DNA of 64,000 nucleotides, taken from NCBI GenBank assembly GCA_965228735.1, contig OZ245838.1, positions 6,560,001-6,624,000 on the forward strand, written 5' to 3'. Each line of letters begins with the position of its first letter. The first letter of the stretch is position 1. Below the pieces are notes generated by a model. It did not search any database. It was given only the letters and a program-made list of their open reading frames with translations, and was not told where the DNA came from. Origin of the DNA: Planctomycetota bacterium (GTDB taxonomy: Bacteria; Planctomycetota; UBA1135; UBA2386). This document shows, piece by piece, positions 51,221-60,996 of the stretch. The position numbers and the translations under genes are program-made.

Positions 51221-53504
51221 TGGGAGTCACCGAGATGTTGTCGAGGTAGACCCGGAAGCGGCTCTGCGGGGTGAAGCCGTATACGCCGGGCGCGCCGTGC
51301 GTGTTGGCGATCGGCACGTCGACCTCGAGCGTCCAGGCGTCGGGTTCTTCAGTGCCGCGTTCCCAGGCCTTGGCGCGCACGACGCCCGACCCGTCGGAGT
51401 TGACGTCGACGCGGCTCTTGAGGGTGTACCACTTGCCGGGCTGCCAGCGGAAGCGAACGCTCTCCTTGAGCAGCTCTTCGTTGGACGTGATCTCGAGCTT
51501 CTGGTGGTTGCCCTTGAGCACGATCTGGTAGCGCTGGTTGATGATGCCGGGGTTGCTCTTGATGCGGCGGTTGCCGTCCGTGCGGACGTCGGCCTGCACC
51601 GTGTAGTTCTGCATGTCCGGGTGCCCGATCATCGTGATCGTGCGCTGGAACAGCGGAATGTCGAGCGTGCGCGCGAGGACCTTGTCGCCGTCCACGTCGC
51701 GCACCTCCCACTTGTTCTTGGCGCCGATCCAGTGCGCGGGCGGGTCGTCGAACATGACGCCGGCTTCCTTCGGGTGGGGGCGCAGGGTCGCGCTCTCGAA
51801 GTCCTCGGCGATGGGCGTGTCGGCGACGATGCGAATGCGGGCGGTGCCGGTCAGGTCGCCGACCGTCGCCTTCAGCAGGCCCGCCATCGGCACGGCGTCG
51901 CGCGCGATCGTGAGCTTGCCGCTGCGGTCGATCGTCACGCCCTTCGTGAGCTTGCCGCTCCACTGGATGTCTTCGTTAGCTGGACCCTCGGCCGGATCGG
52001 CGACCGTCGCGCCGTTGCCGTCGAGGCTGCGCACGCGGAACTGCACGGTTTCGCCCTGCCTCATCAGGATGTCGGCGGGAATGACCTGCAGCTGCGCTGC
52101 GGCGCCGACCGGCGCGGGCTGCGCCATGACCGGGGCTGCTGGCACGGGGCCGCCCTTGCCGGCGAAGCAGTAGAGCGCCTTCGTCGTGTGTACGTAGATC
52201 CGGCCGCCGCAGATCGCGGGCGCGCCCAGGCAGTTGCCTTCGAGCTGGCGCTCGGCGATCACGTTCGGCTTCTCGTCGGTCGGCTCCACGATGAAGAGCG
52301 TGCCGTTGTTCATCGGCACGTAGAGCCGGCCGTCGCCGAACGCGGGGGAGGCGTGGATCTGGTCGGGCGCGAGCTTGTGCTCCCAGTAGATCTTGCCGGT
52401 GTCGGCGTCGACGCACGCGAGCTCGCCGGTCGCGACCGTCTGATAGACGCGGTTGCCCGCGAGCACGGGCGAGCTCGTGAACGCGACGAGGTGGTTGCGC
52501 CACGCCTCGTCGGCCTTGCCGAGGTCCTTCAACGACCCGTCGGGTGCCGGCGGGCTGCCGCGCCGGATCGCGACCATGCGACCGGCCGTCGAGTCGTCGA
52601 GGTTCTCCTTGCCGTGGATCGCGATGACCGTGTCACCGTGCACGACGGCGCTGCTGCTCATGCCGCCGGTGCACATCGGGAAGCGCCACAGCGGCTGTCC
52701 GGTGCGCACGTCGACGCACGCGAGGTGGCCGCCCGAGCCGCCCGCGTACATCACGCGCCGGCCGTTCTCCCAGTCGAGCACGGGCATCGTGAACGAGATG
52801 TCCTTCGGCGGCCCGCCCGGGGTCGACGACCAGACGTTCTCGCCCGTCTCCTTGTCGAACGCGAAGAAGCGCTCGCGCGCGGGGCCGTGCGGCCCCCAGC
52901 CCGACGTCGTGCCGTGGATGATCGCGAGCCCGCTGTCGATCACGGGCGAACCGGTGCGGCCGTTGGGGAACACGAGCCGGCCGAACTCGGAGCCAGTCGC
53001 GTGCTGCCAGCGCAGGTCGCCGTCCCGCGTGAACGAGCAGAACAACCCAGCGGACGTGAGGCAGAACACGTTGCCGGTCTCGGGGTCGACCGTCGGGCTG
53101 CCGATCGAGAACCGGTAGTAGATGATGTCCGTGAGGAAGTGCTGGAAGCGGCGTTCCCAGATGCGTTCGCCGGTTGCCGCGTCGAGGCACAGCAGCACCT
53201 CCTCGAGGTTCTTGCCGTCGCCCTCGTACCCGAGCGTGTAGAGTCGCCCGTCGTGGACGACCGGCGTGCCACGGCCCGCGAGGTCGTACTGCCACGCGAG
53301 GTCGTCGAGCTGCGTCGGCAGGCCGATCTCACGCGAGGTGCCGTTCTGATCGGGGCCGCGCCAGCTGAGCCAGCTGTGGGTCGCGGTGGCCGGGTTCTGC
53401 GCCTGGGCCATCGTGCAACTCGGCAGCGCGAGCGTTCCGGCCGTGAGCAACGTGGCAACCGTCGCGGAGCTGGCGAAGAGCGAGCGGAGAATCATGGGGA
53501 GCAT
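51213..53504 (-). CDS. Exported PQQ/BamB-like beta-propeller with C-terminal Ig-like and lectin/jelly-roll-like domains
   Basis: WLSWRGP, CLDAATGERIW blades; then LQVIPA.I...GETVQF; then NYTVQADV, WYTLK, AKAW, G.PG.YG, YLDNI. Confidence 0.8.
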   Translation of the reverse strand: MLPMILRSLFASSATVATLLTAGTLALPSCTMAQAQNPATATHSWLSWRGPDQNGTSREIGLPTQLDDLAWQYDLAGRGTPVVHDGRLYTLGYEGDGKNLEEVLLCLDAATGERIWERRFQHFLTDIIYYRFSIGSPTVDPETGNVFCLTSAGLFCSFTRDGDLRWQHATGSEFGRLVFPNGRTGSPVIDSGLAIIHGTTSGWGPHGPARERFFAFDKETGENVWSSTPGGPPKDISFTMPVLDWENGRRVMYAGGSGGHLACVDVRTGQPLWRFPMCTGGMSSSAVVHGDTVIAIHGKENLDDSTAGRMVAIRRGSPPAPDGSLKDLGKADEAWRNHLVAFTSSPVLAGNRVYQTVATGELACVDADTGKIYWEHKLAPDQIHASPAFGDGRLYVPMNNGTLFIVEPTDEKPNVIAERQLEGNCLGAPAICGGRIYVHTTKALYCFAGKGGPVPAAPVMAQPAPVGAAAQLQVIPADILMRQGETVQFRVRSLDGNGATVADPAEGPANEDIQWSGKLTKGVTIDRSGKLTIARDAVPMAGLLKATVGDLTGTARIRIVADTPIAEDFESATLRPHPKEAGVMFDDPPAHWIGAKNKWEVRDVDGDKVLARTLDIPLFQRTITMIGHPDMQNYTVQADVRTDGNRRIKSNPGIINQRYQIVLKGNHQKLEITSNEELLKESVRFRWQPGKWYTLKSRVDVNSDGSGVVRAKAWERGTEEPDAWTLEVDVPIANTHGAPGVYGFTPQSRFRVYLDNISVTPND

Positions 53505-53644
53505 GGAACGGGGCGTGGGGGCAGATGGCACGAGGTTTCGCAACAGTTGACCCACAAGTTACTTGCCCACGACGTATGGGCCGGTCGAGCGCTCGGGGTC
53601 GGGTGCGTGGCGAGGGCGCTCGGGAGGCTGTTACGGCCGTTCGC

Positions 53645-54928
53645 TCAGTTCGGTGAGGAGATGCACCACAGGTGCTCGTGGGTGCGCAGGAACAGCTCGC
53701 CGCCGGCGGCGGCCGGCGTCGAGTTGGTGTCCTCGCCGAGCTCGTTGCGGGCGAGGACGACGAGTTCTTCGCGGTCGGGCGCGAACACCGTCGTCGTGCC
53801 GTTCTGGCCCATGAGGTACAGCCGGTTGCCGGTGGTCAGGACGGAACCCCACGTCTTGCCGCGCGTGACGCGCGAGCGCCAGTGCTGCGTGCCGTCCTTC
53901 GGATCGAGGCACCGCACGAAGCCGTCCATCTCCGGCACGAAGATCGCGCCGTTCTCGAACACGGCCGATGCGCAGTTCGTGATCGACTCGGGATGCAGCC
54001 ACTCGCGATGGGTCGCCGTCACGTCGCCGGTGCCGTCGAGCCGCACGCCGAGCATGGGGCCGACGTAGCCGCCGAAGATCGCGCACAGCTCGCCGGCGAT
54101 GACCGGCGAGCTGTAGGTCAGGTCGCCGCGCGAACTCGAGACCCCGCCGCACTCCCAGGCGATGGAGCCGTCCTTCGCGTCGTAGGCCACGAGCCGCGTC
54201 GGCTGGCCGCAGAGCACGAGGTCGCGATTGCCGACGCGCTGCACGAGCGGCGTGTGCCACGAACCTGCGAGTCGCTTCTTCTCGACCTGCTCGGGCGTCA
54301 GGTGCGGCGGCTCGTCGGTGCGCCACACGGTTGCGCCGGTCTCGCGATCGAAGGCGGCCACGAACGACGTCTCGCCCGGACCGGTGTGGAGCAGCACATG
54401 ATCCCCGTGCAGCACGGGCGATGTGCCGTGCCCCCATTGGTGGCGGAACTCACCGAGATCGCGGCGCCAGAGCTCCTTGCCGTCGAGGTCGTAGCACAGC
54501 AGCCCCGCGCTCGCATGCCACACGATCACCCGGTCGCCGTCGCACGCGGGCGTCGTGCTGCAGTGCGGGTTGGTCTGGTGTGTCGGCATCGCGCGGTCGA
54601 GCGTGACCGTGCGGCGCCAGAGTTCCTTGCCCGAGCTCTGATCGAAGCACAAGAGCGACCGCCCGCGCCCGTCCTCGTCCTCGGCCATCGTGAGGAACAC
54701 GCGACCTTCGGCCACGATCGGGCTGCCGTTGCCTGCGCGGGCGAGGGGTGTCTTCCACTTGACGTTCTTCGTCGGGCTCCACTCGAGCGGCAGGTTCTGC
54801 GCCGGCACGCGGCCGTCGCCGGTCGGGCCGCGCCATTGCGGCCAATCCTGCGCGTTGGAGCGGGCGACGAGCAGCAGGAGGCCCGCGGTGGTGCAGGCGA
54901 GCGTGAACGCGGGGTGATGGCGCGGCAT
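53645..54928 (-). CDS. Exported PQQ/BamB-like beta-propeller protein
   Basis: Signal peptide, QDWPQWRGP, KNVKWK, AFDRETGATVW blades. Confidence 0.85.
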   Translation of the reverse strand: MPRHHPAFTLACTTAGLLLLVARSNAQDWPQWRGPTGDGRVPAQNLPLEWSPTKNVKWKTPLARAGNGSPIVAEGRVFLTMAEDEDGRGRSLLCFDQSSGKELWRRTVTLDRAMPTHQTNPHCSTTPACDGDRVIVWHASAGLLCYDLDGKELWRRDLGEFRHQWGHGTSPVLHGDHVLLHTGPGETSFVAAFDRETGATVWRTDEPPHLTPEQVEKKRLAGSWHTPLVQRVGNRDLVLCGQPTRLVAYDAKDGSIAWECGGVSSSRGDLTYSSPVIAGELCAIFGGYVGPMLGVRLDGTGDVTATHREWLHPESITNCASAVFENGAIFVPEMDGFVRCLDPKDGTQHWRSRVTRGKTWGSVLTTGNRLYLMGQNGTTTVFAPDREELVVLARNELGEDTNSTPAAAGGELFLRTHEHLWCISSPN

Positions 54929-54959
54929 CCCGTCATCGGACGGGGAATGCCGCGTGCCG

Positions 54960-56315
54960 TCAATCCGACTCGGGGGCGATCGCGACGAGCTTCGTCCGCG
55001 TGCGGTAGAGCAGCATCCCGCGGGAGATCGCGGGTGTCGCCATGACCGTTTCGCCGAACTCGTGGACGCCGAGCAACTCGAACTCCGGGCCGGCCTTGAC
55101 GACGTGCACGTCGCCTTCCTCGCTCGAGTAGTAGAGCTTGCCGTCCGCGGCGACGCCCGAGCTCGTGTAGCCGAAGCCGGCCGTCAGCCGTTCGCGGTAG
55201 TGCTGGGTGCCCGTCCTGGCGTCCCAGCACGTGATCACGCCGTTGTCGCGACAGACGTAGAGTTCGTCGCCGTAGACGATCGGCGTCTGCATGTAGGCGC
55301 CGAAGCGCTTCGAGCTCCACACCATCTGCTTGCCGTCGGCTTCCATCGACAGCTCGCCTTTCGAGTTCGCCGCGACCGCGAGGATCTGCGTGCCGCCGTG
55401 CGAGCTCGTGAGGAAGAACATGTCGTGCGCGACCGCGGGCCGCGGCACGGGCAGGTCGCCCTTGCCCGCGAGCCACCACAGCGGTTTGCCCGAGTCGAGG
55501 TCGTAGCCGCCGATGTGCTTCCAGCCGTTGAGCACGAGCTGCCGGCGACCCTCGCCGATGTGCACCGTCGGCGTGCACCACGTCGACTTCTCGGCGCGAT
55601 CGGTGCGCCAGACCTGCTTGCCGGTCGCGACGTCGAACGCGGCGACGAAGCTGCCCTCGTGCGCGTCGGCCTGCACGTAGACGCGGCCGTCGTGGATGAT
55701 CGGCGAGCTCGCCCAGCCCCATTGCGCCTTGGGCATCGCGAAGAAGCACGAGTCGAGCACGCCGAAGTCCTTCGACCAGAGCTTCTCGCCCGCGACGGTG
55801 TAGACGTGCAGCCCCTCGCTGCCGAGGAACGTGGCGACGTGCTCGCCGTCGGTGGCCGGCGTCGATGCCGCATGCGTTCCCTTGGGGTGCCGCGGGATCG
55901 CGGGCTTGCCCCGCCACACGCTCTTCGACCAACGGACTTCCCCGCTCTTGCGATCGACGCAGAGCAGCTGGAAGTCGAACTCGGAGTCGTCCTCGACGGG
56001 GCGGATGTCGCCGTAGAGGCCGACCTTGAGCTCCTCCTCGCCCTCCTTGTCACCTTGCCGGATCGAGGTGTTGACGAACACCATGTCACCCCAGATCACC
56101 GGCGAGCTGTGCGACAGACCCGGGATGGCGGTCTGCCAGGCGATGTTCTTGCCCGACTCGACGTCCCACTCCGTTGCGGTCTCGAAGCCTTCGGCGACGC
56201 CGCGCCCGTGCGGGCCGTGGAAGCCCGGCCAGGCGGTCTCCGCGTCGGACTGCGCCGGCAGCGCACCGAGCGTGAGGGTCAGGAGAGAGCATGGAGCGGC
56301 GAGTCGGGCGTTCAT
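54960..56315 (-). CDS. Exported PQQ/BamB-like beta-propeller protein
   Basis: Signal peptide, WPGFHGP, NIAWQT.IPG..HSSPVIWGD, MATPAI. Confidence 0.85.
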   Translation of the reverse strand: MNARLAAPCSLLTLTLGALPAQSDAETAWPGFHGPHGRGVAEGFETATEWDVESGKNIAWQTAIPGLSHSSPVIWGDMVFVNTSIRQGDKEGEEELKVGLYGDIRPVEDDSEFDFQLLCVDRKSGEVRWSKSVWRGKPAIPRHPKGTHAASTPATDGEHVATFLGSEGLHVYTVAGEKLWSKDFGVLDSCFFAMPKAQWGWASSPIIHDGRVYVQADAHEGSFVAAFDVATGKQVWRTDRAEKSTWCTPTVHIGEGRRQLVLNGWKHIGGYDLDSGKPLWWLAGKGDLPVPRPAVAHDMFFLTSSHGGTQILAVAANSKGELSMEADGKQMVWSSKRFGAYMQTPIVYGDELYVCRDNGVITCWDARTGTQHYRERLTAGFGYTSSGVAADGKLYYSSEEGDVHVVKAGPEFELLGVHEFGETVMATPAISRGMLLYRTRTKLVAIAPESD

Positions 56316-57580
56316 CTGCGTTCACCTTGGGGCCGGCCGAGCGCCAGCAGTTCGGTCTCGGTGCGAATGTAGAGGCGGTCGTGCGCGATCGCAGGCGTCG
56401 CGCAGGTGGGGCTGCCGAGGTCGAGCTCGCCGAGCGGCGTGTGCTCGTCGCCGGTCGCCGAGAACGTGCGCAGCGTGCCGGCGCGGTCGCAGACGAAGAT
56501 CGTCTCGCCGTTGGTCACGGGCGAGCTGAAGTAGCGCGCGTCGGTGCGTTCGCGCCACAGCTCGTCGCCGGTGTCGGCCTGCAGACACACGGCGTAGCCG
56601 CTGTCCGAGAACCAGAAGTAGCGCTGGCCGATCGCGATCGCCGCCGGCACGTAGGGCAGGCCGCGGCGCGGGCGATACGCGATCGCGGGCTCGGTCGCGC
56701 CCGCCTTGCCGAGGTCGAACACGGCGCACTCCTTGCCGGCGTTGCCCGCACCCGTGTTGACGAACAGGCGGTTGCCGCAGCGGGTCGGCGTCGCGATGAA
56801 CCGGTACTTGAAGCCCGGGTCGGCCTGCCAGCGCAGTTCGCCGGTCGCGGGTTCGATCGCCGTGAGCCCGTGCGCCGAGCTGGCCACGAGCAGGAACGGA
56901 TCGCCCGTCTCCGGTTCGAACAGCAGCGGCGGCGAATACTGCGCCCAGCGCGCGTTCGCCTCGCGATCGATCCGCCAGACCGGTTCGCCCGTCTTGCGAT
57001 CGAGCGCCGTGAGGAAGCTGTCGGGGCCCTGGTTCTCGTTCGCGATGATGACGAGATCGCCGCACAGCACGGGCGCCATCGCGCTGCCGTGGTTGCTCTT
57101 GAACGTGCCGAGCACGTGGCGCCACGCCTGCTTGCCGTCGTGATCGAACGCAGCCGCGACCAGGTCGGCGCCGTCGGTCCACAGCCCGTAGACCGCGTCG
57201 GCGTCGCAACACATCGTCGCGCTCGCGAAGTTGTTGAGCTTGTGCTGGTCGTGGGCCTCGAACTCGCGGCCCGCCGTCCAGAGTTCGTTGCCGGAGTCGG
57301 CGTCGAAGCACACGACGGCTCGGGTCGAGCCGACGATCCGGGTCAGGAACACGCGCTTGCCCCAGAGAACGGGCGAGCTGTGGCCGACGCCGCGGAGTTC
57401 GGCGCGCCAGCGGATGTGTTCGGGCGTCAGGTCGCCGGGCAGGTCGAGCTGGCCGTGACCCTGGCCGCCCGGCCCGCGGAAGCGCGGCCACTCCTGCGCG
57501 GTCGCGCGTCCCGAGACGGCCGCCGCGAAGACCGCGGTCGACGCCGCGAGCAGAACTCCGAGAACGCGGTCTCGCATCAT
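56312..57580 (-). CDS. Exported PQQ/BamB-like beta-propeller protein
   Basis: Signal peptide, QEWPRFRGP, GHSSPVLWG, ALDRKTGEPVW; ATGA overlap. Confidence 0.85.
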   Translation of the reverse strand: MMRDRVLGVLLAASTAVFAAAVSGRATAQEWPRFRGPGGQGHGQLDLPGDLTPEHIRWRAELRGVGHSSPVLWGKRVFLTRIVGSTRAVVCFDADSGNELWTAGREFEAHDQHKLNNFASATMCCDADAVYGLWTDGADLVAAAFDHDGKQAWRHVLGTFKSNHGSAMAPVLCGDLVIIANENQGPDSFLTALDRKTGEPVWRIDREANARWAQYSPPLLFEPETGDPFLLVASSAHGLTAIEPATGELRWQADPGFKYRFIATPTRCGNRLFVNTGAGNAGKECAVFDLGKAGATEPAIAYRPRRGLPYVPAAIAIGQRYFWFSDSGYAVCLQADTGDELWRERTDARYFSSPVTNGETIFVCDRAGTLRTFSATGDEHTPLGELDLGSPTCATPAIAHDRLYIRTETELLALGRPQGERR

Positions 57581-59031
57581 TTCGCCCCGAGCTTGTAGAG
57601 GTGTTCGTCGGTGCGCAGCCAGATGCTGCCGTCGACGAGCGCCGGCGTCGCGAAGCACGTCTCGCCGAAGTCGGCCTCGTGCAGCACCTCGAGCGTGCCG
57701 GCGCGCAGCACCGTGAGGATGCCGGCCTCGCTCAACAGGTAGACCTTGCCGTCGCCCGCGACCGGCGCGGTGAAGTAGGCATCGCCCGCGTGCCCGACCC
57801 GTTCCTTCCCCTGCAGTTCACCGCTCTCGGCATCGAGCGCGGTCACGAGGCCGCCCTGGTCGGCGGCGAGGTAGTAGGTGCCGCCAGTGACGAGGGGCGA
57901 CGGCAGCTGCGGGATGGAGCGGTAGTACTGCCACAGCACGTTCTCGTCGGTCATGTCGCCCTCGCCGCCGACCTTGACGGCGATCGCGCAGTTGACCGCG
58001 GCGAGCGACAGTCGCAGGAGGTGCCACTCGCGCGCGTCGAGCACCTTGTCACGGTTGCTGTCGACGAAGCCGGCGTAGCCGCGCGCCCGCCGGTCCGTGA
58101 GCTCGGCGGCGTCGATCTTGCCGTTGTCGTTGCTGTCGAACTGTTCGAGCGCCGCCTCGAACTCGGGCAGGTCGAGCTGCCGGCCCTTGTTGTTGATCGG
58201 GCTCGCGAAACCGTGGATCCAGAGCGTGTCGTCGAGCAGCACGGGCACCGACTTCATCTCGCCCGCGAGGCCGCGGATCCACCACACGCGCTTGCCGGTC
58301 TGCACGTCGTAGGCGTCGAGCAGGAACGAGCCCGCGAGGATGAACTGCTTGGCCCCGCCGTCCGGCTGCCACAGGACCGGCGTGCAGTGGCCGCTCACGG
58401 CGTCGGGTCGCGCGGTCTTCCAGAGCACCTTGCCGCTGTGCTTGTGGATGCCGAGCACGTAGCTGTCGACGCCGTCGTCGCACGGCACGATCGCGACGTC
58501 GTCGATCAGGATCGGCGACGCGCCCATGCCGTACGCGTTGTGGAACGGGCCGAGCGGCAATCGCCAGCGTTCGTTGCCGTCGTGGTCGTAGGCGAGCGCG
58601 CCGAACTCGTCGAAGAACACCACGACGGTGTCCGCGTCGACCGCCGCTGATGCCGCGGCTGGACCGTTCTTGCCGTGAAACTTCGTCTCGCGTTCCCGCG
58701 GTGCCTCCTGCTGCCACACGGTTTCGCCGGTCGCCCGATCGACCGCGATCGTCCAGAGCTTGCCGTCTTCGAACGCCGTGAGGAACAACCGCGTCGGACT
58801 GAACGTCGGTGAGCTGTGACCCGGCGGGAATGCGCGCTTCCAGATCACGTTCCGTTCCGGCCCGACCTCGGCCGGATACGTGCCGCCAGTGGCGAGCCCG
58901 GTGCCGTTCGGGCCGCGGAACATGTTCCATGGCGAGGTGCCGTCTTGAGCGGCACCGTCCTGGGCGCCGAGCGTGGCGAGCATCAGCAGGGCGGTGATCG
59001 GCGGCAGGGCGCGGCGCGCGAGCGAGATCAT
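57577..59031 (-). CDS. Exported PQQ/BamB-like beta-propeller with inserted EF-hand pair
   Basis: WNMFRGP; loops DSNDNGKIDAAE and DSNRDKVLDARE. Confidence 0.85.
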   Translation of the reverse strand: MISLARRALPPITALLMLATLGAQDGAAQDGTSPWNMFRGPNGTGLATGGTYPAEVGPERNVIWKRAFPPGHSSPTFSPTRLFLTAFEDGKLWTIAVDRATGETVWQQEAPRERETKFHGKNGPAAASAAVDADTVVVFFDEFGALAYDHDGNERWRLPLGPFHNAYGMGASPILIDDVAIVPCDDGVDSYVLGIHKHSGKVLWKTARPDAVSGHCTPVLWQPDGGAKQFILAGSFLLDAYDVQTGKRVWWIRGLAGEMKSVPVLLDDTLWIHGFASPINNKGRQLDLPEFEAALEQFDSNDNGKIDAAELTDRRARGYAGFVDSNRDKVLDAREWHLLRLSLAAVNCAIAVKVGGEGDMTDENVLWQYYRSIPQLPSPLVTGGTYYLAADQGGLVTALDAESGELQGKERVGHAGDAYFTAPVAGDGKVYLLSEAGILTVLRAGTLEVLHEADFGETCFATPALVDGSIWLRTDEHLYKLGAK

Positions 59032-59115
59032 GGCGGGAGAGTAGGCGGCGCGGGCCTCGCCTGCACGTTCGCTTGCCGCGGACAGGAACGATGCCCGGCC
59101 GCCGTTGCAGGGTCG

Positions 59116-59547
59116 TTACGACAGGCGCTCGGCGGGCACGGCCTCGATCGCCGCGTCGATCGCGGGCGGCATCGCCACGGCGCGCAGCGTGCCGTCCGCG
59201 GTCTTCTCGATGCACACCGCCGTGATCGTGCCGCGCGCGACCTCTTCGCCGGCCAGCAGGAACCGCGTTTCGTAGACGATCGCCTTGCTGCGCTTCTCGC
59301 GCACCAGCAGGTGCAGTTCGACCTCGTCCTCGTAGCGCAGGGGCCGCTTGTAGTCGCACGTGGCGTTGCGACGGGCCCAGCCGAACGCCGCGGTCCGAAC
59401 GTCGCCGTGCACCGAGTAGCCGAGCGAGCGGAAGAACGCGTGCTCCGCCTCTTCCATGTACCGGAAGTAGTTGGAGAAGTGCAGGATCCCGGCCATGTCG
59501 GTCTCGGCGAACGTCACCGACCGTCGCATTCGGAACTCACTCGCCAT
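59116..59547 (-). CDS. Acyl-CoA thioesterase (4HBT/YbgC hotdog fold)
   Basis: FAETDMAGILHFSNYFRYMEEA, YKRPLRYED. Confidence 0.9.
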   Translation of the reverse strand: MASEFRMRRSVTFAETDMAGILHFSNYFRYMEEAEHAFFRSLGYSVHGDVRTAAFGWARRNATCDYKRPLRYEDEVELHLLVREKRSKAIVYETRFLLAGEEVARGTITAVCIEKTADGTLRAVAMPPAIDAAIEAVPAERLS

Positions 59548-59553
59548 GACGAC

Positions 59554-60864
59554 TCACGCGTAGCGCACGGCGCGGTGTTCGGCCGGAAAGAACTCGTGCA
59601 GCAGCCGGTCGATCTCGAGCATCGCCGCGCGCCGCACGGTGATCGCATCGCCGCTCACCTCGAAGTGGCCATCAGTGACGTGCTTGTCGAGCGCCCTGCC
59701 GAACCGCTGCGTGACCTCGACGCCGAACTTGCTGCGGAAGTAGCCCGCGTCGACCTGGCCGAGCTTGAGCTGCAGGATGAACTCGCGGATCAGCCGCTGG
59801 TCGTCGTCGAGCGGCAGCGCGCGATGGATCGGCAGCTCGCCGGCCTCGACGCGCTCGACGTAGGGCAGGAAGTCGTGCTCGTTCTGGAAGTGGATGCCGC
59901 CGACGTGCGAGAACGACGCGACGCCGAGCCCGAGCAGGTCGGCGCCGTGCCACAGGCCGTCGCGGTAGAGGAACTGCGCGTCGCCGCGCTTGGCCGTGTA
60001 GGCGCTGCCGATCGTGTAGCCATCGGCCTCGAGCGCGCGGAACGCCTCGTCGACCCAGCGCCGCTTGGTCGCCCAGTCGGCGACGGGGGCCACCTCCTCG
60101 CCGCTGTCCTTCATCCGGCGCGCGACCGTCGTGTTGAACGGGATCTCCATCTGGTAGATCGTCACGCTGTCGGGCTGCAGCTCGATCGTGCGTTCGATGC
60201 AACGTTGCCAGTTGTCGTCCGTCTCGCCGATCATGCCGGCGATCAGGTCGATGTTGATCTGCGGGAAGCCGACGTCGCGCGCGGTTCCGTAGGCCTTGTC
60301 GATCTCCTTGGCGCGGTGCGCGCGGTTGTTGCGTTCGAGGATCTCCGGATCGAAGTTCTCGACGCCGAGCGACAGCCGCGTGATGCCGAGGTCCTTCAGC
60401 GCCTTGATCTTCTTCTCCTGCAGCGTGCCCGGCTCGCACTCGAACGTGATCTCGCGCGCGGCGTCCCACGGCAGGTGCTCCTGGATGCCGGCGAACAGCT
60501 CGGTGAGCTGATCGACCGACAGATAGCTCGGCGTGCCGCCGCCGAAGTAGACGAAGTCGATCGGGCGCCCGGCGACCGCGGCCTGCTGCGCGTAGGACTT
60601 CGCCTCCTGCACGACCGCGCTCGTGTAGCGCCGGACCTCGTCGCTGTTCTTGTCCGTGTAGACCCGGAAGTAGCAGAAGTCGCAGCGCTTCCGGCAGAAC
60701 GGGATGTGGACGTAGAGCCCGAACGGGGTGCCCGGATCCGGCGGCTCGGCGAAGCGCGCGCGAGCAGCGGTGGCGTGCTCGGGCCGCCACACCGAGAACG
60801 GCGGATAGTTCGCGACGAAGTAATTCCCCGTCGTCGTGCTGTTGGCTTCGGAGTCGGAGGCCAT
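59554..60864 (-). CDS. HemN-like radical SAM enzyme
   Basis: LYVHIPFCRKRCDFCYF (CX3CX2C), YFGGGTPS, RLSLGV, NIDLIAG, LGLG..SFS. Confidence 0.92.
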   Translation of the reverse strand: MASDSEANSTTTGNYFVANYPPFSVWRPEHATAARARFAEPPDPGTPFGLYVHIPFCRKRCDFCYFRVYTDKNSDEVRRYTSAVVQEAKSYAQQAAVAGRPIDFVYFGGGTPSYLSVDQLTELFAGIQEHLPWDAAREITFECEPGTLQEKKIKALKDLGITRLSLGVENFDPEILERNNRAHRAKEIDKAYGTARDVGFPQINIDLIAGMIGETDDNWQRCIERTIELQPDSVTIYQMEIPFNTTVARRMKDSGEEVAPVADWATKRRWVDEAFRALEADGYTIGSAYTAKRGDAQFLYRDGLWHGADLLGLGVASFSHVGGIHFQNEHDFLPYVERVEAGELPIHRALPLDDDQRLIREFILQLKLGQVDAGYFRSKFGVEVTQRFGRALDKHVTDGHFEVSGDAITVRRAAMLEIDRLLHEFFPAEHRAVRYA

Positions 60865-60886
60865 ACGCGCATCCTATACCGCCAGT

Positions 60887-60980
60887 CGTTGCCGTACGGT
60901 ACCTGGTTCATGCTGCCAGGGAGCACGCGGCTCCGCTGCGTGCTCCCTGGCAGCATGAACCAGGTACCGTACGGCTAACG
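60887..60980. repeat. Long near-perfect palindrome (38-bp perfect arms)
   Basis: GCCGTACGGTACCTGGTTCATGCTGCCAGGGAGCACGC (60891-60928) with exact reverse complement at 60938-60975. Confidence 0.95.
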
Positions 60981-60996
60981 CGATACCCATCCCCGT

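Noticed and set aside
35632..54068. Very long plus-strand ORFs (35632-39657, 40651-44031, 51051-54068)
   Set aside because: Arg/Ala-rich antisense shadows of well-supported minus-strand genes
32767..59031. Propellers as true BamB, Ser/Thr kinases or classical PQQ dehydrogenases
   Set aside because: No BamB-type lipobox or genomic context, no kinase domain, no recognisable quinoprotein active-site motifs and no pqq genes
59554..60864. Assigning gene symbol hemN or hemW
   Set aside because: Diagnostic motifs of both are absent and there is no heme pathway context
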